Positions 54,062 to 64,000 of a stretch of 64,000 nt of DNA are shown piece after piece. The translations under genes were made by a program, and so were the position numbers. Positions within the stretch are counted from its first letter, which is position 1; every line of letters starts with the position of its first letter. The notes below the pieces were generated by a model. The model saw nothing but the letters and a program-made list of their open reading frames with translations, did not search any database and was not told the origin of the DNA. The stretch comes from Cyanidioschyzon merolae (taxonomy: Eukaryota): assembly GCA_000091205.1 (NCBI GenBank), contig AP006495.2; one strand, written 5' to 3'.

Positions 54062-55971
54062 GCCCTGCCCTACTGCAGTCAGGAGCCTCCTCTGAGAGAT
54101 TATCGTCTCGAGTACGCTGACCGCTGCGCTCGTAAGCGTACGTTGTTCCTTTCGATAGTGGATTTATAGAATGCGTTGCTGTCCATGATGAACAGGTACC
54201 GCACGGAAAATCCAGGTTATAGTACAAGCCGCGAATCTTCGATTCGTCTGCACGCGCTCCAAACGAATCCGAAACACAGTCCCCGCTGAAATCGATCGCA
54301 GTGGTGACTCATGACCGAGTACAAGACTCTACGCCATGCAAACACAGAGGTCGCGAGCCTCCGGCATCGAATTCCATGAGGAGTATCAAGCTGCGCTCGA
54401 ATACCGTCTCGTCGACGGCCACAGAGAGAGGAGGACATGCTCTTCGAACGAAATCTAATATTGGCATGGAGGAACATAGTGCATTCTGGGCATGATTTTG
54501 TGAAGATGTCGTCACGGGTCACGATCGCGTTGCATTTTCCCTGTCAACCCAGCAGGGAGCATTGCTGCGCCTATGAGTTGCCTCGGATCGGAAAAGTGGA
54601 AGACTTTAGAGATGGCTGATTTGAGCATGCTACACCTAAAGAAAGACAGAGCGTGGACGCTCGTACACAAGAATCGATTGATCATATTGGTTATTTAATA
54701 GACGCTTTTTCGATGGCGTCACAGATCATCCTGATGACGGTCATGCAACGAATTCCAGCGTCAAAGATTCCAAACCGCCACTAGGAAATGGTGCCCGAGA
54801 ACCCCAAATCTACGTGCCATACGATCGCACCTCCTCCTGCATGTCGAATGTCGAGGATCTACATCTAAAAAACACGCGGAAAGAAAATCGAAAAGTAGGA
54901 ATAGAGCAATCAGCCAAGTGTTTCCGTTCAGCCTAATACCGGTGTAGGGAACCGACGAGTCGGCACCGTTCAGCGCGCGAAAGTTTTCCTGGCTGCGGCT
55001 CGGTTCCCTGCGAGCCCTCTCAAGTCCACGACACTAAGAAACCTTCTTGCCATCATTTCCAAAAGCGACGTTGAATGCAGAATGTCTCGCGGGCTCGGGT
55101 AGTTCGCTTGGCGGTGCGTTGTGGTTCCAGGCAGGGCGAGCGCTGCAGCACCGCTCGAGCGCCCTCCACCAGTCCATGGACGATGCCGTGGGAAGCGCGC
55201 TCTGCGCTCAGGCCGCGTCCCCGTCGCCGAGTTCCTCCAGCGTATTGGCCTGCTCACCCAGCCATGGACCCGCTTGTACAGCCGTTCAGCGTCCGGATGG
55301 ACAAGGAGACTCACGGCAGTGGGCCGCATATAATGGACCGTACGAGCCAGCATCCGCAGAGGCAATGTGTACCCATTCTGTCGCTGTGCGGCGCCTGCGT
55401 GTTCGCTGGATCCATCAAGCCCTTACTCCATAGATCATCAATGCTCTAGGGCTCTTGGAACATAACGGCATCTGCGGAAGCGTCCAGCTTCATGTCCTGT
55501 TTACCAGCCGCACTCGCGTACGCACGAGAAGCGTATTCCATTCTGCTATCTGGCAGCATTGGAAAAAACGCAGTGCGGCCATAAAGTGTTTGTGCGTCGC
55601 ATAGCCCCCAGACGCGCCGACATTGGATATCACGCACCGACTCCGTTCCGTTAAGGTGCAATCGAATACTGAAGAGGTGACGTTTGCGCCTCCTGCCGAA
55701 AACCTGCCGAGTACAAGCAAACGGAATCGTTTGGTATGCAGAAGCCATCGGAGGCTCCGCTGAAGATTCAGGCGCCTGGCCAGCGCTCGCTCATCACCGT
55801 CATGTCTTCGTATGCCTCTGGACGAGCGGATACGTCGCGAGATTCCTCGACGACGTTGCAACGGTGAAAAAAATGCGATCAAGCGACGCTTCAGCTGGCC
55901 GAGACGCGGTGCCTGCTGCATTAATGATCCTGCTCGCACTCGTGTACTGCGCTGTGCCGTACTCTGCCTGA

Positions 55972-57735
55972 TTAAGACTTTTGTCTCGTCCAACTGAAGA
56001 CGGATAGGGACTCTGGAGCCACAGCCGCGAAAACGCCCAGCCTCTCATCCGCAACCACGTTCGGTACGAACCGCTGTTCTGAACCGCGCTCACACGCAAC
56101 GCCGAGGTTCAGGCAAAAGGATTCTGAAATAACTCCTGGCGCCCAACAGCGGAGCGCTCCAGGCGATTTCGCGTCACCGGACAGGAGCAGAGGCACAGGA
56201 TCGTCCTCGGGTGCCTGTCGGTTCGGCAACATCGCGAAATCCGTGCTGCAGAGCTGAGGACCGGGCTGGAAGCCACTCGCTCTGTGTACGACGAGCGGTT
56301 GTCCACTGGGATGGTCAACGTCCACGAGCACGTGCTCTCCATCGGAGGCCAGGCCGCGGCGTCCCGAAAGAAGCATGAAGCGCCTGTGGACTCGCATGCA
56401 ATACATCTGTGTCGGGCTTGAAAACAAGTCAGGGAAGCGATACGCCTCGACAGCATGATTCCCGGAAAGCGTGCTCCACGAAAACTCTACCGTATGTAAC
56501 GATTGCAGCGTGCAAAAGTTAAGTTGCTCGCTGCAGGAGTCTCCCACAGAATCCAAATGCATCGAGTGGATACCGCCAGAAGGGACAGCGCAGCGGAAAA
56601 TACCGAGTGGCTCCAGCGTTTTGCGCAGATCAAAGAGTCGCAGGAGACCACGTTGCGATCCGACAGCAATTCCGTGTTCCCACGAATTCGCGAACTTAAC
56701 GGACCACAGCGGCTCTCCGACGAAAATCTTTGCGGCAAACAGACGCGTTTGCATATCCACGAGGGACACATTACCGTCCAGCGACGCAGATGCGAGCAGC
56801 TGTCCGTTTGAAGTGACGTCTCGAATGGGGCCTCGATGGAGGTCCGGATCCAACGCGGGCACCACCGGAGACGACATGAGCTCTAGTGGAATCTCTTTCA
56901 GCGTATAGGTTTGCGCATCGTGGACTCCCTTCATGTCCGATACCGCTGTCGATACGTAAATGCTTGCGCGATCGGCATGAATGTACGCAATGCGAGCTCG
57001 ATCGAGCAGACAACGCGTCTGGCCGCAGAATCGAATATTCAAACGTTCGAGCATCGAGTAATCTGACGAGGCGGCAGCACGCTCTCTGGGGTCTACACTC
57101 ACCATTGCAGGGGGCAGTTCTGCCGTACCCGCTGCCCCTGGTATCTGGGCACTAGTGCACAATCGCTCTGGCTCTGATTTTCGCTGTTCGCGTCCTGATG
57201 ATGCTTGAAGCGTGCGCAATTCATTCCTCACACGACAGAGCTCTAGCTCCATCCTGACCCGCCTTTTACGCTCCACCCGCAATGCATTGCGAAGCTCTTC
57301 GCATTCATCCACCTCTCTTGTAACAAGCTGAACGGTAGCAGGGTCTCTCTGAACGTGACTGAGCTGACGCTCGTCTGCAGCTCCGGTGCGATTTCCACCT
57401 GGTCGAGCGTCACGCTCCATGTGCGTACCTGGTACGTAGAGGAGACGGATATCGCAGAGCTGTGCCCGCTGCTTGCACTGTGGACAGCAACGGTCACTTG
57501 CGCGCCGTTGCTGACGCAGCCATCGTTCCAGACACGAGCGCCCGAAGATATGGCCACAACGCAAGCAGCATATCTGGTGGGCACCAGCGCTGGCAAGCTG
57601 CTCGAAACAGATGGGGCACTCTGAGGCACAAATAATGGCGCTGGGTCTCGAGACTGCCTCGAGGTCAGGTTCGGGGGCCTCGCGCAGACCGGGGTGCGTC
57701 GGGCTCACCCCAGAACCCTGAGCACTGAGGTCCAT
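55972..57735 (-). CDS. RFWD3: RING-finger plus WD40 E3 ubiquitin ligase, RFWD3-like
   Basis: C3HC4 RING: CPICFEQLASAGAHQICCLRCGHIFGRSCLERWLRQQRRASDRCCPQCKQ. Then a coiled coil (ELRNALRVERKRRVRMELELCRVRNELRTLQ). Then a C-terminal region with WD-repeat-like blocks (GQLLASASLDGNVSLVDMQT, GIAVGSQRGLLRLFDLR). This RING, coiled-coil, WD40 order is that of RFWD3. The track start is GTG at 57795. The first ATG is at 57735 (MDLSAQG...). Confidence 0.7.
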   Translation of the reverse strand: MDLSAQGSGVSPTHPGLREAPEPDLEAVSRPSAIICASECPICFEQLASAGAHQICCLRCGHIFGRSCLERWLRQQRRASDRCCPQCKQRAQLCDIRLLYVPGTHMERDARPGGNRTGAADERQLSHVQRDPATVQLVTREVDECEELRNALRVERKRRVRMELELCRVRNELRTLQASSGREQRKSEPERLCTSAQIPGAAGTAELPPAMVSVDPRERAAASSDYSMLERLNIRFCGQTRCLLDRARIAYIHADRASIYVSTAVSDMKGVHDAQTYTLKEIPLELMSSPVVPALDPDLHRGPIRDVTSNGQLLASASLDGNVSLVDMQTRLFAAKIFVGEPLWSVKFANSWEHGIAVGSQRGLLRLFDLRKTLEPLGIFRCAVPSGGIHSMHLDSVGDSCSEQLNFCTLQSLHTVEFSWSTLSGNHAVEAYRFPDLFSSPTQMYCMRVHRRFMLLSGRRGLASDGEHVLVDVDHPSGQPLVVHRASGFQPGPQLCSTDFAMLPNRQAPEDDPVPLLLSGDAKSPGALRCWAPGVISESFCLNLGVACERGSEQRFVPNVVADERLGVFAAVAPESLSVFSWTRQKS

Positions 57736-58745
57736 TAGCGCGTAGTTCCGGGCGATCCCGCCATGGTACAACCGGGGGCGTAAACCCGCTCGCACTGCGA
57801 CGACTCACGCCGGTGTTCTCTCCAAGGTAAAGGCCCTGGGAGCGCCCTCGTCCCGAAGACCAACTGGACCCGCACCGCTGAACGCACAAGTCGCCGCCTG
57901 AAGAAGGTACCTTGAGGGGCTGCTTTCGAATATCGAGACTGCTTTTGGAATGCGGTGCACAGCAGCTCTATCCAAAGCGGCAACTTTCCACAGTGCCAGC
58001 AGTTCAAGTGTATGTACAGCGCCGTCGACTAAAACAGGCACGGAACGGCGAACGCCCACAGTTCAAATACCGCTTCGGAAATGCAGCTTGGAATCAATTT
58101 TTCGTTGACGAAACGATTACGTTGATCTTGGATCCCAGACTGAACGATGAATTTTGGTATCCTGGTATGCGTTCATCGAGCTATACCCTACCTTCAAGTT
58201 CCATTACTTATACGTTGTTCCGGATGTACCGACTGTTTTGTACGTTCCACTGTGTACCAAGCCCGCCGTGAGCACCCCCAACAGCGATTATACTGCTGGT
58301 GCATATGTATGACGGAGACAGAGCGGCTTTGCCATTCCACTGCGGGCGTCGGATGGAGGAATGCTATGCCTGACACGGAATCAGGGCTAATGGTCATTCT
58401 GGGAACCTGAAATATGCGCAGAGAAACTTACTGCCTGCGGCAGCGCCAAGCGATATGCTAGGAGATAACTGCAACATGGGCGATGCCCAGACGCAGCCTA
58501 CCCGCTCCTAGTCCCAGAATAACCCGCGTTGCGGACGAGTCGCTCAGGTCTCATTACAACATCCGCCACTGGAGGGGACGCGAAGCACGGGCCTGGTAGA
58601 CAAGTTCGGCTCGCGGGACCTTCCGCCTGGGAGATAAGCTTTCGAGAATACGGAAAATTTTTCCCTTTCAAAGGTTACCATGAAGGTGGCACCAGAATGC
58701 TATCGAGTTGCTCGTTAATGGATATTTTCTGTTCTTTTTACACAT

Positions 58746-59019
58746 TTGCAGCTAGTACGTCACGTGTTTCTGTTGTTACCACCACGGATACTTCGTGGAA
58801 CCCTTGAAGACTTTTCCCTGGCGTCAGGCGACATCCTTCTTTTTCACAACATGGCATTTCACCCTTCGAGTTCGAACTTTTACCGATTCTATATGGGTAG
58901 ACCTGCATTTCATTCCGCCATATTCGCCGTACTTCAACCGCATCGAAGAATTCTTTTCTATGTTGAAACGTAATGATCGCTCAGATGGAAGAATCGCTGA
59001 AGATTTCAGCGCACGGTGA
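58746..59019 (+). mobile_element. Tc1/mariner-superfamily DDE transposase remnant: C-terminal catalytic half with a frameshift (pseudogene)
   Basis: Frame 1 reads ILLFHNMAFHPSSSNF, compare the Tc1 VVFQQDNAPCHTAK block containing the second catalytic D. Frame 2 reads VDLHFIPPYSPYFNRIEEFFSMLKRN, compare the Tc1 [22 protein letters not shown] block containing the catalytic E. The two pieces are in different frames and no intact N-terminal DNA-binding half is present. Confidence 0.6.
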
Positions 59020-59264
59020 CACACCGGACCATATGTCGTCTCTCTTCCGCGGGTCCTTCTCCCTCTGGGAAGGTCCCTACCTCAGGGCATTAGCACGTGC
59101 GTTCATTTAAAGAAATAAAAAATCCAAGCGATGAGCTGCGCTGTACACTGCAGAGGGTCGAGATGCAGAAGGGCCGGCAGAGCGCTCAGTGGATTGAAAA
59201 GTACGCAACGCTGACAGAGCAGAAACTGGCGCAAAGGGCATGAGTTTTAGCAATCCTTGCAATA

Positions 59265-59465
59265 ATGCGTTCTAGTAGAGGCAAGAAGCGCATGGAGTTC
59301 GTGAACCGAACCTTGAACGCCGCCATCAATATCAGACGATTTGCGATGCTGGGGAGAGAAAGCCCAGGAGTTGACGCGAGCCAACGTTGTGGAGCAGCCT
59401 CTCAGGTTCAAAGTATACAAGGAAAATCTATAACCAGTAACATGCGGCCGGTCAAAAAAGGCTAG
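59265..59465 (+). pseudogene. Fanzor/TnpB-like C-terminal fragment (RuvC-III region); second copy of the element at 45795..47552
   Basis: SSRGKKRMEFVNRTLNAAINIRRFAMLGRE carries the NAAINI motif, with catalytic D replaced by L. About 75% nucleotide identity to the minus-strand segment about 45840-46075, including ...agccaac[g/t]ttgtggagcagcctctcag.... Lies 250 bp downstream of the Tc1-like remnant on the same strand. Confidence 0.5.
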
Positions 59466-59865
59466 GAGGCGTCTGTGAGTGGTTTCCAGGGTACCCTCTC
59501 GAGCCGATGCCCTCTGCGATATGGCAACGCCGACCTCTGTCCGTGCCATGACCGCACCGGCACTACAGGCGCTATTCCGGACATTCAGGCCATGCACTAC
59601 GCCCGAGGTAGAACGTCTGAAGCGGCCAGTATATCCGGGAAGGGTTAGAAGTTATGGAACTTGGGAGTAGAGCGCGCAATGATGGATGCTTCACTGTGCC
59701 CTGATATCGAGCGCCCAGTCGCAGAACGCTGGTCTAGGTCCAGGTTTCATGGAATTCAAGAATGCAACATTTCACGCCGACTCTGTCGGAAACCGCGCCC
59801 GCGCAATACCTCTTCGATAGCTTGTGGAGCTCGCTTCTGTATTGAAGCTGGGACACGCACTCGAA

Positions 59866-60561
59866 ATGGACGTGGCAAATATGAAAGTTGCCGAGCTACG
59901 CTGCGAGCTCGAGAGAAGAGGCCTCGATACCACGGGGAAAAAGCAGGAGTTACAGGAGAGACTTCAGAAAGCGCTTGAGCAGGAGGCGCACGGAGAAACT
60001 TCCGCAGCAGAAGCAGTGCCTTCGAAAGGCGACAAAGAGGCCGAGGCGGAGTCTGCTGAGCATGGCACCAGACCAGAACGTGGAGATCAGCAAAGTGCTT
60101 CGAACCAGGAGCAGGGCGCTCTGGAGGCGGGCGCAGAGGACACAGGAACCGGGAACCTCGACACTACGAGTGCGCCAAGAGCATCAGCGCCCGCACCGGA
60201 AAACTCCTCTTCACCTGAGAAGGAAACAAGAAAACTTACGGACGAAGAACTTGAGCAGTTTCTCACGCCCGCCGAGCGAGAGGAAGTTGCGAAAACCATG
60301 GCGCGAGCTGCTCGGTTTGGGGTGCCCTATGGGGGTCTGCCGGCGGAGCTCCGGCGCGCCGCTCTCAACCGGTACCGCAAACGAAGGCGTTTCGAGAAAG
60401 CACTAGAGAAACACGGAGGCCTCGTCCCGGTTGATGAGGCGGAAGAGGAACGGCGGCGGAAACGCATGGAACGTTTCGGCCTGTCCAAGCCAGTACTTGA
60501 ACTCGAAGCGGAGGAACGCGAGCGGAAGCGTTATGAGAACAAGCCGGAAAAGACCAGATAG
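59866..60561 (+). CDS. SARNP: SAP-domain ribonucleoprotein, SARNP/CIP29/Tho1-like (mRNA export, TREX-associated)
   Basis: N-terminal SAP motif MKVAELRCELERRGLDTTGKKQELQERLQKAL, compare human SARNP LKLAELKQECLARGLETKGIKQDLIHRLQAYL. C-terminal repeated R-x-E/A-RFG motifs (MARAARFGVPYGG, RRKRMERFGLS), as in SARNP RAERFNV / RAARFGI / RAQRFGL / RKERFGI. The track ORF starts at 59824 with GTG. The first ATG is at about 59866 (MDVANMKVAEL). Confidence 0.75.
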   Translation: MDVANMKVAELRCELERRGLDTTGKKQELQERLQKALEQEAHGETSAAEAVPSKGDKEAEAESAEHGTRPERGDQQSASNQEQGALEAGAEDTGTGNLDTTSAPRASAPAPENSSSPEKETRKLTDEELEQFLTPAEREEVAKTMARAARFGVPYGGLPAELRRAALNRYRKRRRFEKALEKHGGLVPVDEAEEERRRKRMERFGLSKPVLELEAEERERKRYENKPEKTR

Positions 60562-60953
60562 ATACGTCATTCCGAAAAATATTACAACAACACGAAAAGA
60601 CAACACTTTATCCTCGCCAAGCGGCACAGAACATGAGCAACAATGCGGTGCAAGTTCCCCTGACACGCGAGTCAGTTATGGAAGCAACCAGCATGGCGTC
60701 GTGGCATCCTACGTTCGAATGCATCCTCACGGATGACACACTTGGAAGCGTCATCGTGCCTGGGTGTGGACGCCATGCCTTCGCGTTGCGCGGCCAAAGG
60801 GCGATGATCCGTCGTTGACCCTGGGCACCCAGGTCGCGTCTACTGTATCCTCCAACCCTCCATTGTCGAGCGCCCGTCCACGGAAAATCCCTTTAAAGTT
60901 CCTGGTCACCTTGAGAAGTATCGGCAATGACTTCGCACAGCACCGCTAGCAAA

Positions 60954-61295
60954 CTAGTGGCGATCCTCTCGCACGTAGATTTGACGGCCGTCCAAAGTGG
61001 TTTCGTTCAACTCACGTATCGCCCGTTGCGCTGAGGCCTCGTCCTCATATTCCACCACCCCACAACCCCTCGAGCGCCGCGTCTCTTTGTCTAAGTAAAC
61101 GTCTGCGTAGGTGACTTCGCCGGCGCTGCGCATGTGGTCCTTCAGACCGCGCCACGTCGTCCGCCAGGCGAGGTTACTAACGTAGACCCGGCACGCAGGG
61201 TTCCGCTGGTGGCGTTTATCCGATTTGAGCTCCTGCGCCGCCACCTCCTCCGTCTTCAGATCTCCCTCAAGCTCGCTCTCCTGATACCCGTTCAT
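60954..61295 (-). CDS. Small RNA-binding protein with one RRM, hnRNP-M/MYEF2-type (113 aa)
   Basis: CRVYVSNLAWRTTWRGLKDHMRSAGEVTYADVYLDKETRRSRGCGVVEYEDEASAQRAIRELNETTLDGRQIYVRED aligns with hnRNP M RRM1 FRAFISNIPFDVKWQSLKDLVKEKVGEVTYVELLMDAEGKSRGCAVVEFKMEESMKKAAEVLNKHSLSGRPLKVKED. RNP2 is VYVSNL and RNP1 is RGCGVVEY. The track ORF continues upstream to 62150, but that part is compositionally non-protein. Start set at the ATG for MNGYQESE. Upstream exons cannot be excluded. Confidence 0.65.
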   Translation of the reverse strand: MNGYQESELEGDLKTEEVAAQELKSDKRHQRNPACRVYVSNLAWRTTWRGLKDHMRSAGEVTYADVYLDKETRRSRGCGVVEYEDEASAQRAIRELNETTLDGRQIYVREDRH

Positions 61296-64000
61296 AACGG
61301 AACACGAACGTGCGACACAACGCGAACTCTTCCGCACTACACTACCTGCCGAGTGCTGGATGCGATCAGCCCTGCGATCGCTTGCGCGATATTGTACACT
61401 GCGCGGGGACGAATGCGTCAGCGCGCACGCAGATAGACACGTGCCGTTGATGCTGCACGATGCGCCACGTGGCGCGCTGTGCGATGCGATGACGCATCGA
61501 GTGCTCACCCATGCAGCGGTTGTAGCGGCGGCGCTGTGCCGTCTGCGCATGCGTCCGCTGATTCGGTGCTGGCCGGTGCTGTGCGCGCGTATCGCACTGG
61601 GAACGGCGCGCCGCTGGGGCTGCGGAGCGATACGCTCCTCGGTGCAGCGGGGAGAGATGGTCGCTCGCGTGGCGTCCATGTCGCTGTGTATGTGTCTGGA
61701 TGTTATCTGATTAGGGTGCAGCCTGTACAAACGTTTGATCCGTGTCCGTATGCCTTGCAGACGATCGTCTCGACCGTAGATAATGCAGCGTGAGCGAATA
61801 GTCGGCGGGAGACAAAGGCCTGTGCGACACTGGCGTTTCGCTTGTGAACAGAAATAGACGAAGCGCGATGCATGGCGGTACCGAACTGGTGTCGAATGGA
61901 CGCTCGGTTTCGCACAGAGCGATCCAGCATGGAACCATGTATGCTCGGTGTTTGGGTGTATGGAGAGTATGCGTGCTTCCGGAGCAACGATACGGAACCT
62001 TGGGATGCATGCTCGTCGCTGAACGATAGCACTCTTGGAGGTGCCGATCTTTTCTGGATACCTGACTTTTGATGTTGTCCGGATGCTCTCCAGAGACGTG
62101 TGCGTTGAACCTGTCCGATGTACTTGCCAGACCGGCTCGGCACGGGCCATGCACTCGCACTGACAGCAGAGTGTAGGGCAAAACGACTATAGAATCGGAC
62201 TCGAAGTGTTCCGTCTCCAAGGTTTCCGCCCCCCGATGTTTGGAGCGGTACTTCTAGGCGAAGCTCATCATGCATCACTTGCGGTAGCCCAAAAGGGCAA
62301 CGCGAAGCTGTCTCGCATGCTTGTGAGGCAGCAGCAAAGCCTCCAATGCCAAAGAAAAAGCATCCCCAGGAGAATCTGGTACCCAGGTGGGCGCTGAATC
62401 GATTCGGTCCAAGTCGTCTTAAGTGAGGCTCGCTTCGAATGGCGCATCTTGGAAGCGACCGGTACAACACGCCAATGGCTTGCGTGGTAAACCAAGAATC
62501 ACATTGGCAAATCCGATGGGATCTGGTTAGGCGTGCAGCGACGAATGCTGGAAGGGACATTCGGACGTGATCTTGCTAATATTACTTGTTTCTCTCACAG
62601 ACGTTCAACAAAAGAAACGGATCCTGCAGATTCGACAGACATAGCAGATACACTCTACACAAGCGCTGCTAACATGCGAATCAATGGGGCTTACCTCTAG
62701 CGTGCAGGCATTCTACGTTCAGCACTTTGGTGAACCAGTACTCTCTAGGGCCGTGCGCTAAACGTCGAGCACCCGAACAGAGCCTCTGCAACGCCGTCAA
62801 CGCGACAGTCGTCCGAGCAGTCCATTCCGCTCCATCCATGCGTGCCGCACCAAATACGACCAGACAAGCCACAGAATATGAATGCTCCGCCCAGGTGCGA
62901 CGGACGCTCCTGAGGCGACGCCCCCGGGGAAAGCAAAAAGCACGCCGAACAACACAGACCGGTGACTTCCGACTGAGACGCGAACGCTGCGTGCAGCAAG
63001 CACGGGTTCCCGCCGCACTCGGCACGACTGTATCCGGGCGAGACGCCACACCGCCTCCACAAGGGCATTCAAAGAGCGAGCAACATGCCGCTGGGCGTCT
63101 ACAGAAGACCAGCCAGCATGCCGACTGCATCAGCCACTGCGGCGATTCGGTCGAGCGGTCGCTTGCAACTCGCCAAACGCGCGAAATCCTTCTAGAGCCG
63201 GTCCTTCGTCGGTGCACGCTTCGTCGCTTCTCCTTCACACATGCCGCTGCCCTGCCCCGAGACAACGACGACGCCCATCACTGAAAATCAGCGGAGGAGT
63301 GCGCAGCTTGTCTGGCGTTCCCGCCCCTCATTCCGAGAACGTTGCTAGGCGTTCCAGACGCGGGGCTGCCAGCGGTCCGCGTCCCTCAGAGAGCCTGCGA
63401 TCCAACGTTCGTGGGGCACTGCAGCTGACGCTCGGCACCCCAGGGACAATACGAGTTCATTCTTCCAGGGCGTGGTAGCATCGGGAGTCGGGCGCGACGG
63501 ATGCCACCAGGCCTATCGACGAGCGGAGTGACGGCCCCAGGACCCGTGTGGACGCGCTGAGAGTGCCGTATCGAGCAGCGCGGGATGCGCTTCACGCTTC
63601 GCTCAGGGAGTACGCGAGACTCTGGATGACTCACGCGGACAGTCTATTGATCGAGTCCACGAGACAGCGCAATGGAGTCGCCGGCCGTTGCGGCCGTACG
63701 GGGCCAGTGAGCGTGCCCTCGCCAACATGTTCCATGACCACGAAGGGCAACTGGCCGATATATCGTTTCGCTCGATGGTGGTGATGGCGGTGGGCGTAGC
63801 GGCACCCGCTGGCACTGGGCGTGCCGGGGCACCCAAGCGCTGCACGCCTCTGCTCCCTCGACGAGCGTTTCCAACGAGTGCAGGACTCGATGCCATGCGA
63901 TTCCCGTGATTGGCTTTCCGACGACATCCACGCGTCACGGGCTCGGGTGCTCGCTGATCCCCAGGTAGCGAAGAAGCACATGAAGCAGAGACGGATGCAC

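Noticed and set aside
1-64000. Prokaryotic or kinetoplastid origin, suggested by high GC, long intron-less ORFs and many overlapping antisense ORFs
   Set aside because: The gene content is eukaryote-specific (ESCRT-II Vps25, TIP41, RFWD3-like RING-WD40, SAP-domain SARNP, Mic19 CHCH, LYR, bHLH-ZIP, PA2G4). Genes alternate strands every 1-2 genes, which is not the pattern of kinetoplastid polycistrons. Microsatellites are abundant. The many antisense ORFs (for example 8049..9074 + opposite PFK, 40052..41026 + opposite the trefoil gene) are the usual artefact of stop-codon-poor GC-rich DNA.
61300-64000. Dense stack of 80-200 aa ORFs on both strands in the last 2.7 kb
   Set aside because: Very GC-rich and Arg/Ala/Pro/Ser-biased. 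The ORFs mutually overlap in all frames. No recognisable motifs. Interpreted as a GC-rich intergenic region upstream of the RRM gene, not as coding sequence.

Overview
This 64 kb window is GC-rich (about 55-58% by eye) and looks like nuclear DNA from an intron-poor eukaryote, not a prokaryote. The reasons are several. Genes sit on both strands in mixed orientation, mostly as single uninterrupted ORFs of 0.3-3 kb separated by 0.3-2 kb spacers. There are simple-sequence microsatellites: (GT)n, (CTG)n, (GCG)n. The proteins are hallmark eukaryotic ones: a TIP41-like protein, ESCRT-II Vps25, a plant-type ATP-dependent phosphofructokinase, a PA2G4/EBP1-like M24 protein, a Mic19/CHCHD3-like twin Cx9C protein, a LYR-motif protein, a RING+WD40 RFWD3-like E3 ligase, a SAP-domain SARNP/Tho1-like protein, an hnRNP-M-type RRM protein, a bHLH-leucine-zipper factor, MtnB of the methionine salvage pathway and a GH31 glycosidase. 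Mixed in are bacterial/cyanobacterial-type genes carrying N-terminal extensions that look like organellar transit peptides: an RlmI-like PUA+SAM rRNA methyltransferase, an LdpA-like 4Fe-4S protein and a class I SAM methyltransferase. Together with the plant-type PFK, these suggest a plastid-bearing, intron-poor protist or alga, but the lineage cannot be fixed from sequence alone. No rRNA, tRNA or CRISPR array could be supported. The unusual items are as follows. (1) A secreted protein with four trefoil (P-domain) modules and a Ser/Gly-rich mucin-like tail. (2) Two decayed Fanzor/TnpB-like (RuvC-III 'D.NAA.NI') nuclease gene remnants, one beside a Tc1/mariner DDE transposase remnant and one abutting the 5' end of a host methyltransferase gene. 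(3) A roughly 400 bp foldback element with 125 bp inverted arms. (4) A roughly 440 bp dispersed repeat in two direct copies bracketing a 5 kb block. (5) Tandem duplications in a divergent promoter. The ORF track labels GTG, TTG and CTG starts as M. Where noted I moved starts to the first ATG consistent with homolog alignment. My own coordinates may be off by a few nucleotides.
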